From assembly GCA_965235115.1 (NCBI GenBank), contig OZ249436.1, positions 25,236,001 through 25,300,000 on the forward strand: DNA of 64,000 nucleotides, read 5' to 3'. Below, one piece after another: positions 12,201-26,067 of this stretch. This DNA comes from Laetmonice hystrix (Eukaryota). Position numbers and translations under genes: made by a program. The notes below the pieces were generated by a model. That model was given only the letters and a program-made list of their open reading frames with translations, made no database searches and was not told the DNA's origin. Every line of letters starts with the position of its first letter. Positions within the stretch are counted from its first letter, which is position 1.

Positions 12201-15200
12201 CTTTAAAAATCACTATTTGATTCTCCAGCACGTATAGGATGTTTCAAGTAACATTTATCCACGGTCTGGCCCAACAACGTGCAACAAGGCATAGTAAGTC
12301 AATGCGAGCTCGCATGTCAAACCTAACCCGCCCCCCAGCACATGAGCTGAAAATATTCAAATAGCTTGAAAACTAGAATATAGCTTTGCTTAATACCATT
12401 ATACCATCAACTCGCATTACAGGCCTAATGCGAAGCTCCCAGCCTAAAACGAGTTTCCAATTAATTTAAAGTTAACAAGATGCACTAATAATCGATTCCA
12501 AGCCTAATTAGGCCATTGCTAGTTGGATAACCAAATCTCATACAAAATACACCCTCCCGGCAGATGACCTGAGAATATTCAACTCTTATGTCCGATATAT
12601 CCCTGTCCGCTTAGTAGCACCCAGCCGGGCCCCCATTTTGACATTGCAACACCAATACAGCAAGTGCCCAGCTAACAGCACAAATAACAGGATTCAGGGC
12701 TTCCTACCACGTTACAAGTCACAATAGATTGCTGCCTGTCGTAAAAATATACCAGACCATTTTAAAAAGTCACAGAACCCCAATCCGGCCCTAATATGTC
12801 ACTCCCAGTACCAATAGACGCTGGAAGCACCATCAACTGAAATTCAGGCCTAGAACCCACCTCTCTCTACCAATATCATGCACCTAGTCCGTATACGAGG
12901 TTGTAATTTACTTTAATCAACGGGCTGCGCCGCAGCAACCCACTCTGGTCTTTGCAATCTTTTTCAATATGCGTTAACATTTGTGACCAGCTCAACGCGC
13001 CTTGTAAAATTTTTCAAAGTGCGTAAAAGTGTGTGTCCACCCCGACACGCTTTCCAAACCACTATACCCACCGAGCGACATCCACTCAAATACAGGCTTC
13101 GACCGATCCTCACTGTGCCAATAATCCGCCACAAGGCAAATTCAGTCAATGCAAGCTGGAAAATCGAATGTCAAACCTAATGCTCCCCCCCCCCAGCACG
13201 TTAACTGAAAAAAATCAACTAGCTTGAAAACTAGAATATAGCTTTGTTTAGCTAACAATCTACTCTCCCAGCGCCATCAACTCGCATACAGGCGTAAAAG
13301 CAAACGCACTGCCCCATATAATGCTCCCAGCCTAAAACGATGTTGCAATTAATTTAAAATTAACAAGATGCACTAGTAATCCGATCCAAGCCTAATTACG
13401 TCATTGCTAGTTTCATTACCAAATCTCACAGAAAATACCCCACCCGCGCACATAACCTGAAAATATTCAACTTTTATCTCCAATGTATCCCTGTGCACCT
13501 AGTAGCACCCAAGCGGGCCCAATTTTGACATTCCAACACAAATACCGCAAATACCCGCCTAATGGCACAAAAAACTTTCTACCCCGTTGCAAGTCACATT
13601 AGCTTGCTGCTTGTAAAAAATGGTGCAGACCATTTCTAAAGTCACAGTACCCCACTCCCGGCCTAATATTACGTTTCAGTATCCATATACGCTGCAAGCG
13701 GCAAGAACTCGAATACAGGCCTAAAAGTAACCCCAGTCTAGCAATATCATACTCTCATGCCATATACGAGCTTGTAATTATCTTTAATTAATGGGCTCCG
13801 CAGCACCAACCCACTGCATTAACATTTGTTTAACAGCTTAACGCACCTTGTAAAAAATTTTCAAGTGCGTAAAAATGCGTGTCCACCTCCACATACTTTA
13901 AAAATCACTATACCCACCCAGCGACATTCACTCTAATACACGCCTAAGAGGAACTTCACTGTCCCATTTGATTCTCCAGCACGTATAGGATGTTTCAAGT
14001 AACATTCATCCACGGTCTGGCCCAATAACGTGCAACAAGGCATAGTAAGTCAATGCGAGCTCGCATGTCAAACCTAACCCGCCCCCCAGCACATGAGCTG
14101 AAAATATTCAAATAGCTTGAAAACTAGAATATAGCTTTGCTTAATACCATTATACCATCAACTCGCATTACAGGCCTAATGCGAAGCTCCCAGCCTAAAA
14201 CGAGTTTCCAATTAATTTAAAGTTAACAAGATGCACTAATAATCGATTCCAAGCCTAATTAGGCCATTGCTAGTTGGATAACCAAATCTCATACAAAATA
14301 CACCCTCCCGGCAGATGACCTGAGAATATTCAACTCTTATGTCCGATATATCCCTGTCCGCTTTGTAGCACCCAGCCGGGCCCCCATTTTGACATTGCAA
14401 CACCAATACAGCAAGTGCCCAGCTAACAGCACAAATAACAGGATTCAGGGCTTCCTACCACGTTACAAGTCACAATAGATTGCTGCCTGTCGTAAAAATA
14501 TACCAGACCATTTTAAAAAGTCACAGAACCCCAATCCGGCCCTAATATGTCACTCCCAGTACCAATAGACGCTGGAAGCACCATCAACTGAAATTCAGGC
14601 CTAGAACCCACCTCTCTCTACCAATATCATGCACCTAGTCCGTATACGAGGTTGTAATTTACTTTAATCAACGGGCTGCGCCGCAGCAACCCACTCTGGT
14701 CTTTGCAATCTTTTTCAATATGCGTTAACATTTGTGACCAGCTCAACGCGCCTTGTAAAATTTTTCAAAGTGCGTAAAAGTGTGTGTCCACCCCGACACG
14801 CTTTCCAAACCACTATACCCACCGAGCGACATCCACTCAAATACAGGCTTCGACCGATCCTCACTGTGCCAATAATCCGCCACAAGGCAAATTCAGTCAA
14901 TGCAAGCTGGAAAATCGAATGTCAAACCTAATGCTCCCCCCCCCAGCACGTTAACTGAAAAAAATCAACTAGCTTGAAAACTAGAATATAGCTTTGTTTA
15001 GCTAACAATCTACTCTCCCAGCGCCATCAACTCGCATACAGGCGTAAAAGCAAACGCACTGCCCCATATAATGCTCCCAGCCTAAAACGATGTTGCAATT
15101 AATTTAAAATTAACAAGATGCACTAGTAATCCGATCCAAGCCTAATTACGTCATTGCTAGTTTCATTACCAAATCTCACAGAAAATACCCCACCCGCGCA

Positions 15201-18200
15201 CATAACCTGAAAATATTCAACTTTTATCTCCAATGTATCCCTGTGCACCTAGTAGCACCCAAGCGGGCCCAATTTTGACATTCCAACACAAATACCGCAA
15301 ATACCCGCCTAATGGCACAAAAAACTTTCTACCCCGTTGCAAGTCACATTAGCTTGCTGCTTGTAAAAAATGGTGCAGACCATTTCTAAAGTCACAGTAC
15401 CCCACTCCCGGCCTAATATTACGTTTCAGTATCCATATACGCTGCAAGCGGCAAGAACTCGAATACAGGCCTAAAAGTAACCCCAGTCTAGCAATATCAT
15501 ACTCTCATGCCATATACGAGCTTGTAATTATCTTTAATTAATGGGCTCCGCAGCACCAACCCACTGCATTAACATTTGTTTAACAGCTTAACGCACCTTG
15601 TAAAAAATTTTCAAGTGCGTAAAAATGCGTGTCCACCTCCACATACTTTAAAAATCACTATACCCACCCAGCGACATTCACTCTAATACACGCCTAAGAG
15701 GAACTTCACTGTCCCATTTGATTCTCCAGCACGTATAGGATGTTTCAAGTAACATTCATCCACGGTCTGGCCCAATAACGTGCAACAAGGCATAGTAAGT
15801 CAATGCGAGCTCGCATGTCAAACCTAACCCGCCCCCCAGCACATGAGCTGAAAATATTCAAATAGCTTGAAAACTAGAATATAGCTTTGCTTAATACCAT
15901 TATACCATCAACTCGCATTACAGGCCTAATGCGAAGCTCCCAGCCTAAAACGAGTTTCCAATTAATTTAAAGTTAACAAGATGCACTAATAATCGATTCC
16001 AAGCCTAATTAGGCCATTGCTAGTTGGATAACCAAATCTCATACAAAATACACCCTCCCGGCAGATGACCTGAGAATATTCAACTCTTATGTCCGATATA
16101 TCCCTGTCCGCTTTGTAGCACCCAGCCGGGCCCCCATTTTGACATTGCAACACCAATACAGCAAGTGCCCAGCTAACAGCACAAATAACAGGATTCAGGG
16201 CTTCCTACCACGTTACAAGTCACAATAGATTGCTGCCTGTCGTAAAAATATACCAGACCATTTTAAAAAGTCACAGAACCCCAATCCGGCCCTAATATGT
16301 CACTCCCAGTACCTATACACTCTGGAAGCACCATCAACTGAAATTCAGGCCTAGAACCCACCTCTCTCTACCAATATCATGCACCTAGTCCGTATACGAG
16401 GTTGTAATTTACTTTAATCAACGGGCTGCGCCGCAGCAACCCACTTTGGTCTTTGCAATCTTTTTCAATATGCGTTAACATTTGTAACCAGCTCAACGCG
16501 CCTTGTAAAATTTTTCAAAGTGCGTAAAAGTGTGTGTCCACCCCGACACGCTTTCCAAACCACTATACCCACCGAGCGACATCCACTCAAATACAGGCTT
16601 CGACCGATCCTCACTGTGCCAATAATCCGCCACAAGGCAAATTCAGTCAATGCAAGCTGGAAAATCGAATGTCAAACCTAATACTCCCCCCCCCCCAGCA
16701 CGTTAACTGAAAATAATCAACTAGCTTGAAAACTAGAATATAGCTTTGTTAAGCTAACAATCTACTCTCCCAGCGCCATCAACTCGCATACAGGCGTAAA
16801 AGCAAACGCACTGCCCCATATAATGCTGCCAGCCTAAAACGATGTTGCAATTAATTTAAAATTAACAAGATGCACTAGTAATCCGATCCAAGCTTAATTA
16901 CGTCATTGCTAGTTTCATAACCAAATCTCACAGAAAATACCCCACCCGGGCACATAACCTGAAAATATTCAACTTTTATCTCCAATGTATCCCTGTGCAC
17001 CTAGTAGCACCCAAGCGGGCCCAATTTTGACATCCCAACACAAATACCGCAAATACCCGCCTAATGGCACAAAAAACTTTCTACCCCGTTGCAAGTCACA
17101 TTAGCGTGCTGCTTGTCGTAAAAAATGGTGCAGACCATTTCTAAAGTCACAGTACCCCACTCCCGGCCTAATATTACGTTTCAGTATCCATATACGCTGC
17201 AAGCGGCAGGAACTCGAATACAGGCCTAAAAGTAACCCCAGTCTAGCAATATCATACTCTCATGCCATATACGAGCTTGTAATTATCTTTAATTAATGGG
17301 CTCCGCAGCACCAACCCACTGCATTAACATTTGTTTAACAGCTTAACGCACCTTGTAAAAAATTTTCAAGTGCGTAAAAATGCGTGTCCACCTCCACATA
17401 CTTTAAAAATCACTATACCCACCCAGCGACATTCACTCTAATACACGCCTAAGAGGAACTTCACTGTCCCATTTGATCCTCCAGCACGTATAGGATGTTT
17501 CAAGTAACATTTATCCACGGTCTGGCCCAATAACGTGCAACAAGGCATAGTAAGTCAATGCGACCTCGCATGTCAAACCTAACCCGCCCCCCAGCACATG
17601 AGGTGGAGATATTCAAATAGCTTGAAAACTAGAATATAGCTTTGCTTAATACCATTATACCATCAACTCGCATTACAGGCCTAATGCGAAGCTCCCAGCC
17701 TAAAACGAGTTTCCAATTAATTTAAAGTTAACAAGATGCACTAATAATCGATTCCAAGCCTAATTAGGCCATTGCTAGTTGGATAACCAAATCTCATACA
17801 AAATACACCCTCCCGGCAGATGACCTGAGAATATTCAACTCTTATGTCCGATATATCCCTGTCCGCTTAGTAGCACCCAGCCGGGCCCCCATTTTGACAT
17901 TGCAACACCAATACAGCAAGTGACCAGCTAACAGCACAAATAACAGGATTCAGGGCTTCCTACCACGTTACAAGTCACAATAGATTGCTGCCTGTCGTAA
18001 AAATATACCAGACCATTTTAAAAAGTCACAGAACCCCAATCCGGCCCTAATATGTCACTCCCAGTACCAATACACTCTGGAAGCACCATCAACTGAAATT
18101 CAGGCCTAGAACCCACCTCTCTCTACCAATATCATGCACCTAGTCCGTATACGAGGTTGTAATTTCCTTTAATCAACGGGTTGCGCCGCAGCAACCCACT

Positions 18201-19055
18201 CTGGTCTTTGCAATCTTTTTCAATATGCGTTAACATTTGTGACCAGCTCAACGCGCCTTGTAAAATTTTTCAAAGTGCGTAAAAGTGTGTGTCCACCCCG
18301 TCACGCTTTCCAAACCACTATACCCACCGAGCGACATCCACTCAAATACAGGCTTCGACCGATCCTCACTGTGCCAATAATCCGCCACAAGGCAAATTCA
18401 GTCAATGCAAGCTGGAAAATCGAATGTCAAACCTAATGCTCCCCCCCCAGCACGTTAACTGAAAATAATCAACTAGCTTGAAAACTAGAATATAGCTTTG
18501 TTTAGCTAACAATCTACTCTCCCAGCGCCATCAACTCGCATACAGGCGTAAAAGCAAACGCACTGCCCCATATAATGCTCCCAGCCTAAAACGATGTTGC
18601 AATTAATTTAAAATTAACAAGATGCACTAGTAATCCGATCCAAGCCTAATTACGTCATTGCTAGTTTCATAACCAAATCTCACAGAAAATACCCCACCCG
18701 CGCACATAACCTGAAAATATTCAACTTTTATCTCCAATGTATCCCTGTGCACCTAGTAGCACCCAAGCGGGCCCAATTTTGACATTCCAACACAAATACC
18801 GCAAATACCCGCCTAATGGCACAAAAAACTTTCTACCCCGTTGCAAGTCACATTAGCTTGCTGCTTGTCGTAAAAAATGGTGCAGACCATTTCTAAAGTC
18901 ACAGTACCCCACTCCCGGCCTAATATTACGTTTCAGTATCCATATACGCTGCAAGCGGCAGGAACTCGAATACAGGCCTAAAAGTAACCCCAGTCTAGCA
19001 ATATCATACTCTCATGCCATATACGAGCTTGTAATTATCTTTAATTAATGGGCTC

Positions 19056-22000
19056 CGCAGCACCAACCCACTGCATTAACATTTGTTTAACAGCTTAACG
19101 CACCTTGTAAAAAATTTTCAAGTGCGTAAAAATGCGTGTCCCCCTCCACATACTTTAAAAATCACTATACCCACCCAGCGACATTCACTCTAATACACGC
19201 CTAAGAGGAACTTCACTGTCCCATTTGATCCTCCAGCACGTATAGGATGTTTCAAGTAACATTTATCCACGGTCTGGCCCAATAACGTGCAACAAGGCAT
19301 AGTAAGTCAATGCGACCTCGCATGTCAAACCTAACCCGCCCCCCAGCACATGAGGTGGAGATATTCAAATAGCTTGAAAACTAGAATATAGCTTTGCTTA
19401 ATACCATTATACCATCAACTCGCATTACAGGCCTAATGCGAAGCTCCCAGCCTAAAACGAGTTTCCAATTAATTTAAAGTTAACAAGATGCACTAATAAT
19501 CGATTCCAAGCCTAATTAGGCCATTGCTAGTTGGATAACCAAATCTCATACAAAATACACCCTCCCGGCAGATGACCTGAGAATATTCAACTCTTATGTC
19601 CGATATATCCCTGTCCGCTTAGTAGCACCCAGCCGGGCCCCCATTTTGACATTGCAACACCAATACAGCAAGTGCCCAGCTAACAGCACAAATAACAGGA
19701 TTCAGGGCTTCCTACCACGTTACAAGTCACAATAGATTGCTGCCTGTCGTAAAAATATACCAGACCATTTTAAAAAGTCACAGGACCCCAATCCGGCCCT
19801 AATATGTCACTCCCAGTATCAATACACGCTGGAAGCACCATCAACTGAAATTCAGGCCTAGAACCCACCTCTCTCTACCAATATCATGCACCTAGTCCGT
19901 ATACGAGGTTGTAATTTACTTTAATCAACGGGCTGCGCCGCAGCAACCCACTCTGGTCTTTGCAATCTTTTTCAATATGCGTTAACATTTGTAACCAGCT
20001 CAACGCGCCTTGTAAAATTTTTCAAAGTGCGTAAAAGTGTGTGTCCACCCCGACACGCTTTCCAAACCACTATACCCACCGAGCGACATCCACTCAAATA
20101 CAGGCTTCGACCGATCCTCACTGTGCCAATAATCCGCCACAAGGCAAATTCAGTCAATGCAAGCTGGAAAATCGAATGTCAAACCTAATGCTCCCCCCCC
20201 CCAGCACGTTAACTGAAAATAATCAACTAGCTTGAAAACTAGAATATAGCTTTGTTAAGCTAACAATCTACTCTCCCAGCGCCATCAACTCGCCTACAGG
20301 CGTAAAAGCAAACGCACTGCCCCATATAATGCTCCCAGCCTAAAACGATGTTGCAATTAATTTAAAATTAACAAGATGCACTAGTAATCCGATCCAAGCC
20401 TAATTACGTCATTGCTAGTTTCATAACCAAATCTTACAGAAAATACCCCACCCGCGCACATAACCTGAAAATATTCAACTTTTATCTCCAATGTATCCCT
20501 GTGCACCTAGTAGCACCCAAGCGGGCCCAATTTTGACATTCCAACACAAATACCGCAAATACCCGCCTAATGGCACAAAAAACTTTCTACCCCGTTGCAA
20601 GTCACATTAGCTTGCTCCTTGTCGTAAAAAATGGTGCAGACCATTTCTAAAGTCACAGTACCCCACTCCCGGCCTAATATTACGTTTCAGTATCCATATA
20701 CGCTGCAAGCGGCAGGAACTCGAATACAGGCCTAAAAGTAACCCCAGTCTAGCAATATCATACTCTCATGCCATATACGAGCTTGTAATTATCTTTAATT
20801 AATGGGCTCCGCAGCACCAACCCACTGCATTAACATTTGTTTAACAGCTTAACGCACCTTGTAAAAAATTTTATAGTGCGTAAAAATGCGTGTCCACCTC
20901 CACATACTTTAAAAATCACTATACCCACCCAGCGACATTCACTCTAATACACGCCTAAGAGGAACTTCACTGTCCCATTTGATTCTCCAGCACGTATAGG
21001 ATGTTTCAAGTAACATTCATCCACGGTCTGGCCCAATAACGTGCAACAAGGCATAGTAAGTCAATGCGAGCTCGCATGTCAAACCTAACCCGCCCCCCAG
21101 CACATGAGCTGAAAATATTCAAATAGCTTGAAAACTAGAATATAGCTTTGCTTAATACCATTATACCATCAACTCGCATTACAGGCCTAATGCGAAGCTC
21201 CCAGCCTAAAACGAGTTTCCAATTAATTTAAAGTTAACAAGATGCACTAATAATCGATTCCAAGCCTAATTAGGCCATTGCTAGTTGGATAACCAAATCT
21301 CATACAAAATACACCCTCCCGGCAGATGACCTGAGAATATTCAACTCTTATGTCCGATATATCCCTGTCCGCTTAGTAGCACCCAGCCGGGCCCCCATTT
21401 TGACATTGCAACACCAATACAGCAAGTGCCCAGCTAACAGCACAAATAACAGGATTCAGGGCTTCCTACCACGTTACAAGTCACAATAGATTGCTGCCTG
21501 TCGTAAAAATATACCAGACCATTTTAAAAAGTCACAGGACCCCAATCCGGCCCTAATATGTCACTCCCAGTACCAATACACGCTGGAAGCACCATCAACT
21601 GAAATTCAGGCCTAGAACCCACCTCTCTCTACCAATATCATGCACCTAGTCCGTATACGAGGTTGTAATTTACTTTAATCAACGGGCTGCGCCGCAGCAA
21701 CCCACTCTGGTCTTTGCAATCTTTTTCAATATGCGTTAACATTTGTAACCAGCTCAACGCGCCTTGTAAAATTTTTCAAAGTGCGTAAAAGTGTGTGTCC
21801 ACCCCGACACGCTTTCCAAACCACTATACCCACCGAGCGACATCCACTCAAATACAGGCTTCGACCGATCCTCACTGTGCCAATAATCCGCCACAAGGCA
21901 AATTCAGTCAATGCAAGCTGGAAAATCGAATGTCAAACCTAATGCTCCCCCCCCAGCACGTTAACTGAAAATAATCAACTAGCTTGAAAACTAGAATATA

Positions 22001-25000
22001 GCTTTGTTAAGCTAACAATCTACTCTCCCAGCGCCATCAACTCGCCTACAGGCGTAAAAGCAAACGCACTGCCCCATATAATGCTCCCAGCCTAAAACGA
22101 TGTTGCAATTAATTTAAAATTAACAAGATGCACTAGTAATCCGATCCAAGCTTAATTACGTCATTGCTAGTTTCATAACCAAATCTCACAGAAAATACCC
22201 CACCCGGGCACATAACCTGAAAATATTCAACTTTTATCTCCAATGTATCCCTGTGCACCTAGTAGCACCCAAGCGGGCCCAATTTTGACATCCCAACACA
22301 AATACCGCAAATACCCGCCTAATGGCACAAAAAACTTTCTACCCCGTTGCAAGTCACATTAGCGTGCTGCTTGTCGTAAAAAATGGTGCAGACCATTTCT
22401 AAAGTCACAGTACCCCACTCCCGGCCTAATATTACGTTTCAGTATCCATATACGCTGCAAGCGGCAGGAACTCGAATACAGGCCTAAAAGTAACCCCAGT
22501 CTAGCAATATCATACTCTCATGCCATATACGAGCTTGTAATTATCTTTAATTAATGGGCTCCGCAGCACCAACCCACTGCATTAACATTTGTTTAACAGC
22601 TTAACGCACCTTGTAAAAAATTTTCAAGTGCGTAAAAATGCGTGTCCACCTCCACATACTTTAAAAATCACTATACCCACCCAGCGACATTCACTCTAAT
22701 ACACGCCTAAGAGGAACTTCACTGTCCCATTTGATCCTCCAGCACGTATAGGATGTTTCAAGTAACATTTATCCACGGTCTGGCCCAATAACGTGCAACA
22801 AGGCATAGTAAGTCAATGCGACCTCGCATGTCAAACCTAACCCGCCCCCCAGCACATGAGGTGGAGATATTCAAATAGCTTGAAAACTAGAATATAGCTT
22901 TGCTTAATACCATTATACCATCAACTCGCATTACAGGCCTAATGCGAAGCTCCCAGCCTAAAACGAGTTTCCAATTAATTTAAAGTTAACAAGATGCACT
23001 AATAATCGATTCCAAGCCTAATTAGGCCATTGCTAGTTGGATAACCAAATCTCATACAAAATACACCCTCCCGGCAGATGACCTGAGAATATTCAACTCT
23101 TATGTCCGATATATCCCTGTCCGCTTAGTAGCACCCAGCCGGGCCCCCATTTTGACATTGCAACACCAATACAGCAAGTGCCCAGCTAACAGCACAAATA
23201 ACAGGATTCAGGGCTTCCTACCACGTTACAAGTCACAATAGATTGCTGCCTGTCGTAAAAATATACCAGACCATTTTAAAAAGTCACAGGACCCCAATCC
23301 GGCCCTAATATGTCACTCCCAGTATCAATACACGCTGGAAGCACCATCAACTGAAATTCAGGCCTAGAACCCACCTCTCTCTACCAATATCATGCACCTA
23401 GTCCGTATACGAGGTTGTAATTTACTTTAATCAACGGGCTGCGCCGCAGCAACCCACTCTGGTCTTTGCAATCTTTTTCAATATGCGTTAACATTTGTAA
23501 CCAGCTCAACGCGCCTTGTAAAATTTTTCAAAGTGCGTAAAAGTGTGTGTCCACCCCGACACGCTTTCCAAACCACTATACCCACCGAGCGACATCCACT
23601 CAAATACAGGCTTCGACCGATCCTCACTGTGCCAATAATCCGCCACAAGGCAAATTCAGTCAATGCAAGCTGGAAAATCGAATGTCAAACCTAATGCTCC
23701 CCCCCCCCAGCACGTTAACTGAAAATAATCAACTAGCTTGAAAACTAGAATATAGCTTTGTTAAGCTAACAATCTACTCTCCCAGCGCCATCAACTCGCC
23801 TACAGGCGTAAAAGCAAACGCACTGCCCCATATAATGCTCCCAGCCTAAAACGATGTTGCAATTAATTTAAAATTAACAAGATGCACTAGTAATCCGATC
23901 CAAGCCTAATTACGTCATTGCTAGTTTCATAACCAAATCTTACAGAAAATACCCCACCCGCGCACATAACCTGAAAATATTCAACTTTTATCTCCAATGT
24001 ATCCCTGTGCACCTAGTAGCACCCAAGCGGGCCCAATTTTGACATTCCAACACAAATACCGCAAATACCCGCCTAATGGCACAAAAAACTTTCTACCCCG
24101 TTGCAAGTCACATTAGCTTGCTCCTTGTCGTAAAAAATGGTGCAGACCATTTCTAAAGTCACAGTACCCCACTCCCGGCCTAATATTACGTTTCAGTATC
24201 CATATACGCTGCAAGCGGCAGGAACTCGAATACAGGCCTAAAAGTAACCCCAGTCTAGCAATATCATACTCTCATGCCATATACGAGCTTGTAATTATCT
24301 TTAATTAATGGGCTCCGCAGCACCAACCCACTGCATTAACATTTGTTTAACAGCTTAACGCACCTTGTAAAAAATTTTATAGTGCGTAAAAATGCGTGTC
24401 CACCTCCACATACTTTAAAAATCACTATACCCACCCAGCGACATTCACTCTAATACACGCCTAAGAGGAACTTCACTGTCCCATTTGATTCTCCAGCACG
24501 TATAGGATGTTTCAAGTAACATTCATCCACGGTCTGGCCCAATAACGTGCAACAAGGCATAGTAAGTCAATGCGAGCTCGCATGTCAAACCTAACCCGCC
24601 CCCCAGCACATGAGCTGAAAATATTCAAATAGCTTGAAAACTAGAATATAGCTTTGCTTAATACCATTATACCATCAACTCGCATTACAGGCCTAATGCG
24701 AAGCTCCCAGCCTAAAACGAGTTTCCAATTAATTTAAAGTTAACAAGATGCACTAATAATCGATTCCAAGCCTAATTAGGCCATTGCTAGTTGGATAACC
24801 AAATCTCATACAAAATACACCCTCCCGGCAGATGACCTGAGAATATTCAACTCTTATGTCCGATATATCCCTGTCCGCTTAGTAGCACCCAGCCGGGCCC
24901 CCATTTTGACATTGCAACACCAATACAGCAAGTGCCCAGCTAACAGCACAAATAACAGGATTCAGGGCTTCCTACCACGTTACAAGTCACAATAGATTGC

Positions 25001-26067
25001 TGCCTGTCGTAAAAATATACCAGACCATTTTAAAAAGTCACAGGACCCCAATCCGGCCCTAATATGTCACTCCCAGTACCAATACACGCTGGAAGCACCA
25101 TCAACTGAAATTCAGGCCTAGAACCCACCTCTCTCTACCAATATCATGCACCTAGTCCGTATACGAGGTTGTAATTTACTTTAATCAACGGGCTGCGCCG
25201 CAGCAACCCACTCTGGTCTTTGCAATCTTTTTCAATATGCGTTAACATTTGTAACCAGCTCAACGCGCCTTGTAAAATTTTTCAAAGTGCGTAAAAGTGT
25301 GTGTCCACCCCGACACGCTTTCCAAACCACTATACCCACCGAGCGACATCCACTCAAATACAGGCTTCGACCGATCCTCACTGTGCCAATAATCCGCCAC
25401 AAGGCAAATTCAGTCAATGCAAGCTGGAAAATCGAATGTCAAACCTAATGCTCCCCCCCCAGCACGTTAACTGAAAATAATCAACTAGCTTGAAAACTAG
25501 AATATAGCTTTGTTAAGCTAACAATCTACTCTCCCAGCGCCATCAACTCGCCTACAGGCGTAAAAGCAAACGCACTGCCCCATATAATGCTCCCAGCCTA
25601 AAACGATGTTGCAATTAATTTAAAATTAACAAGATGCACTAGTAATCCGATCCAAGCTTAATTACGTCATTGCTAGTTTCATAACCAAATCTCACAGAAA
25701 ATACCCCACCCGGGCACATAACCTGAAAATATTCAACTTTTATCTCCAATGTATCCCTGTGCACCTAGTAGCACCCAAGCGGGCCCAATTTTGACATCCC
25801 AACACAAATACCGCAAATACCCGCCTAATGGCACAAAAAACTTTCTACCCCGTTGCAAGTCACATTAGCGTGCTGCTTGTCGTAAAAAATGGTGCAGACC
25901 ATTTCTAAAGTCACAGTACCCCACTCCCGGCCTAATATTACGTTTCAGTATCCATATACGCTGCAAGCGGCAGGAACTCGAATACAGGCCTAAAAGTAAC
26001 CCCAGTCTAGCAATATCATACTCTCATGCCATATACGAGCTTGTAATTATCTTTAATTAATGGGCTC
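19056..26067 (+). repeat. Two-unit higher-order repeat (period 3506 bp, two copies)
   Basis: Private alleles cagtaTc (19819, 23325) and ttgctCctt (20617, 24123) recur exactly 3506 bp apart, and the intervening units share a haplotype. Confidence 0.85.
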
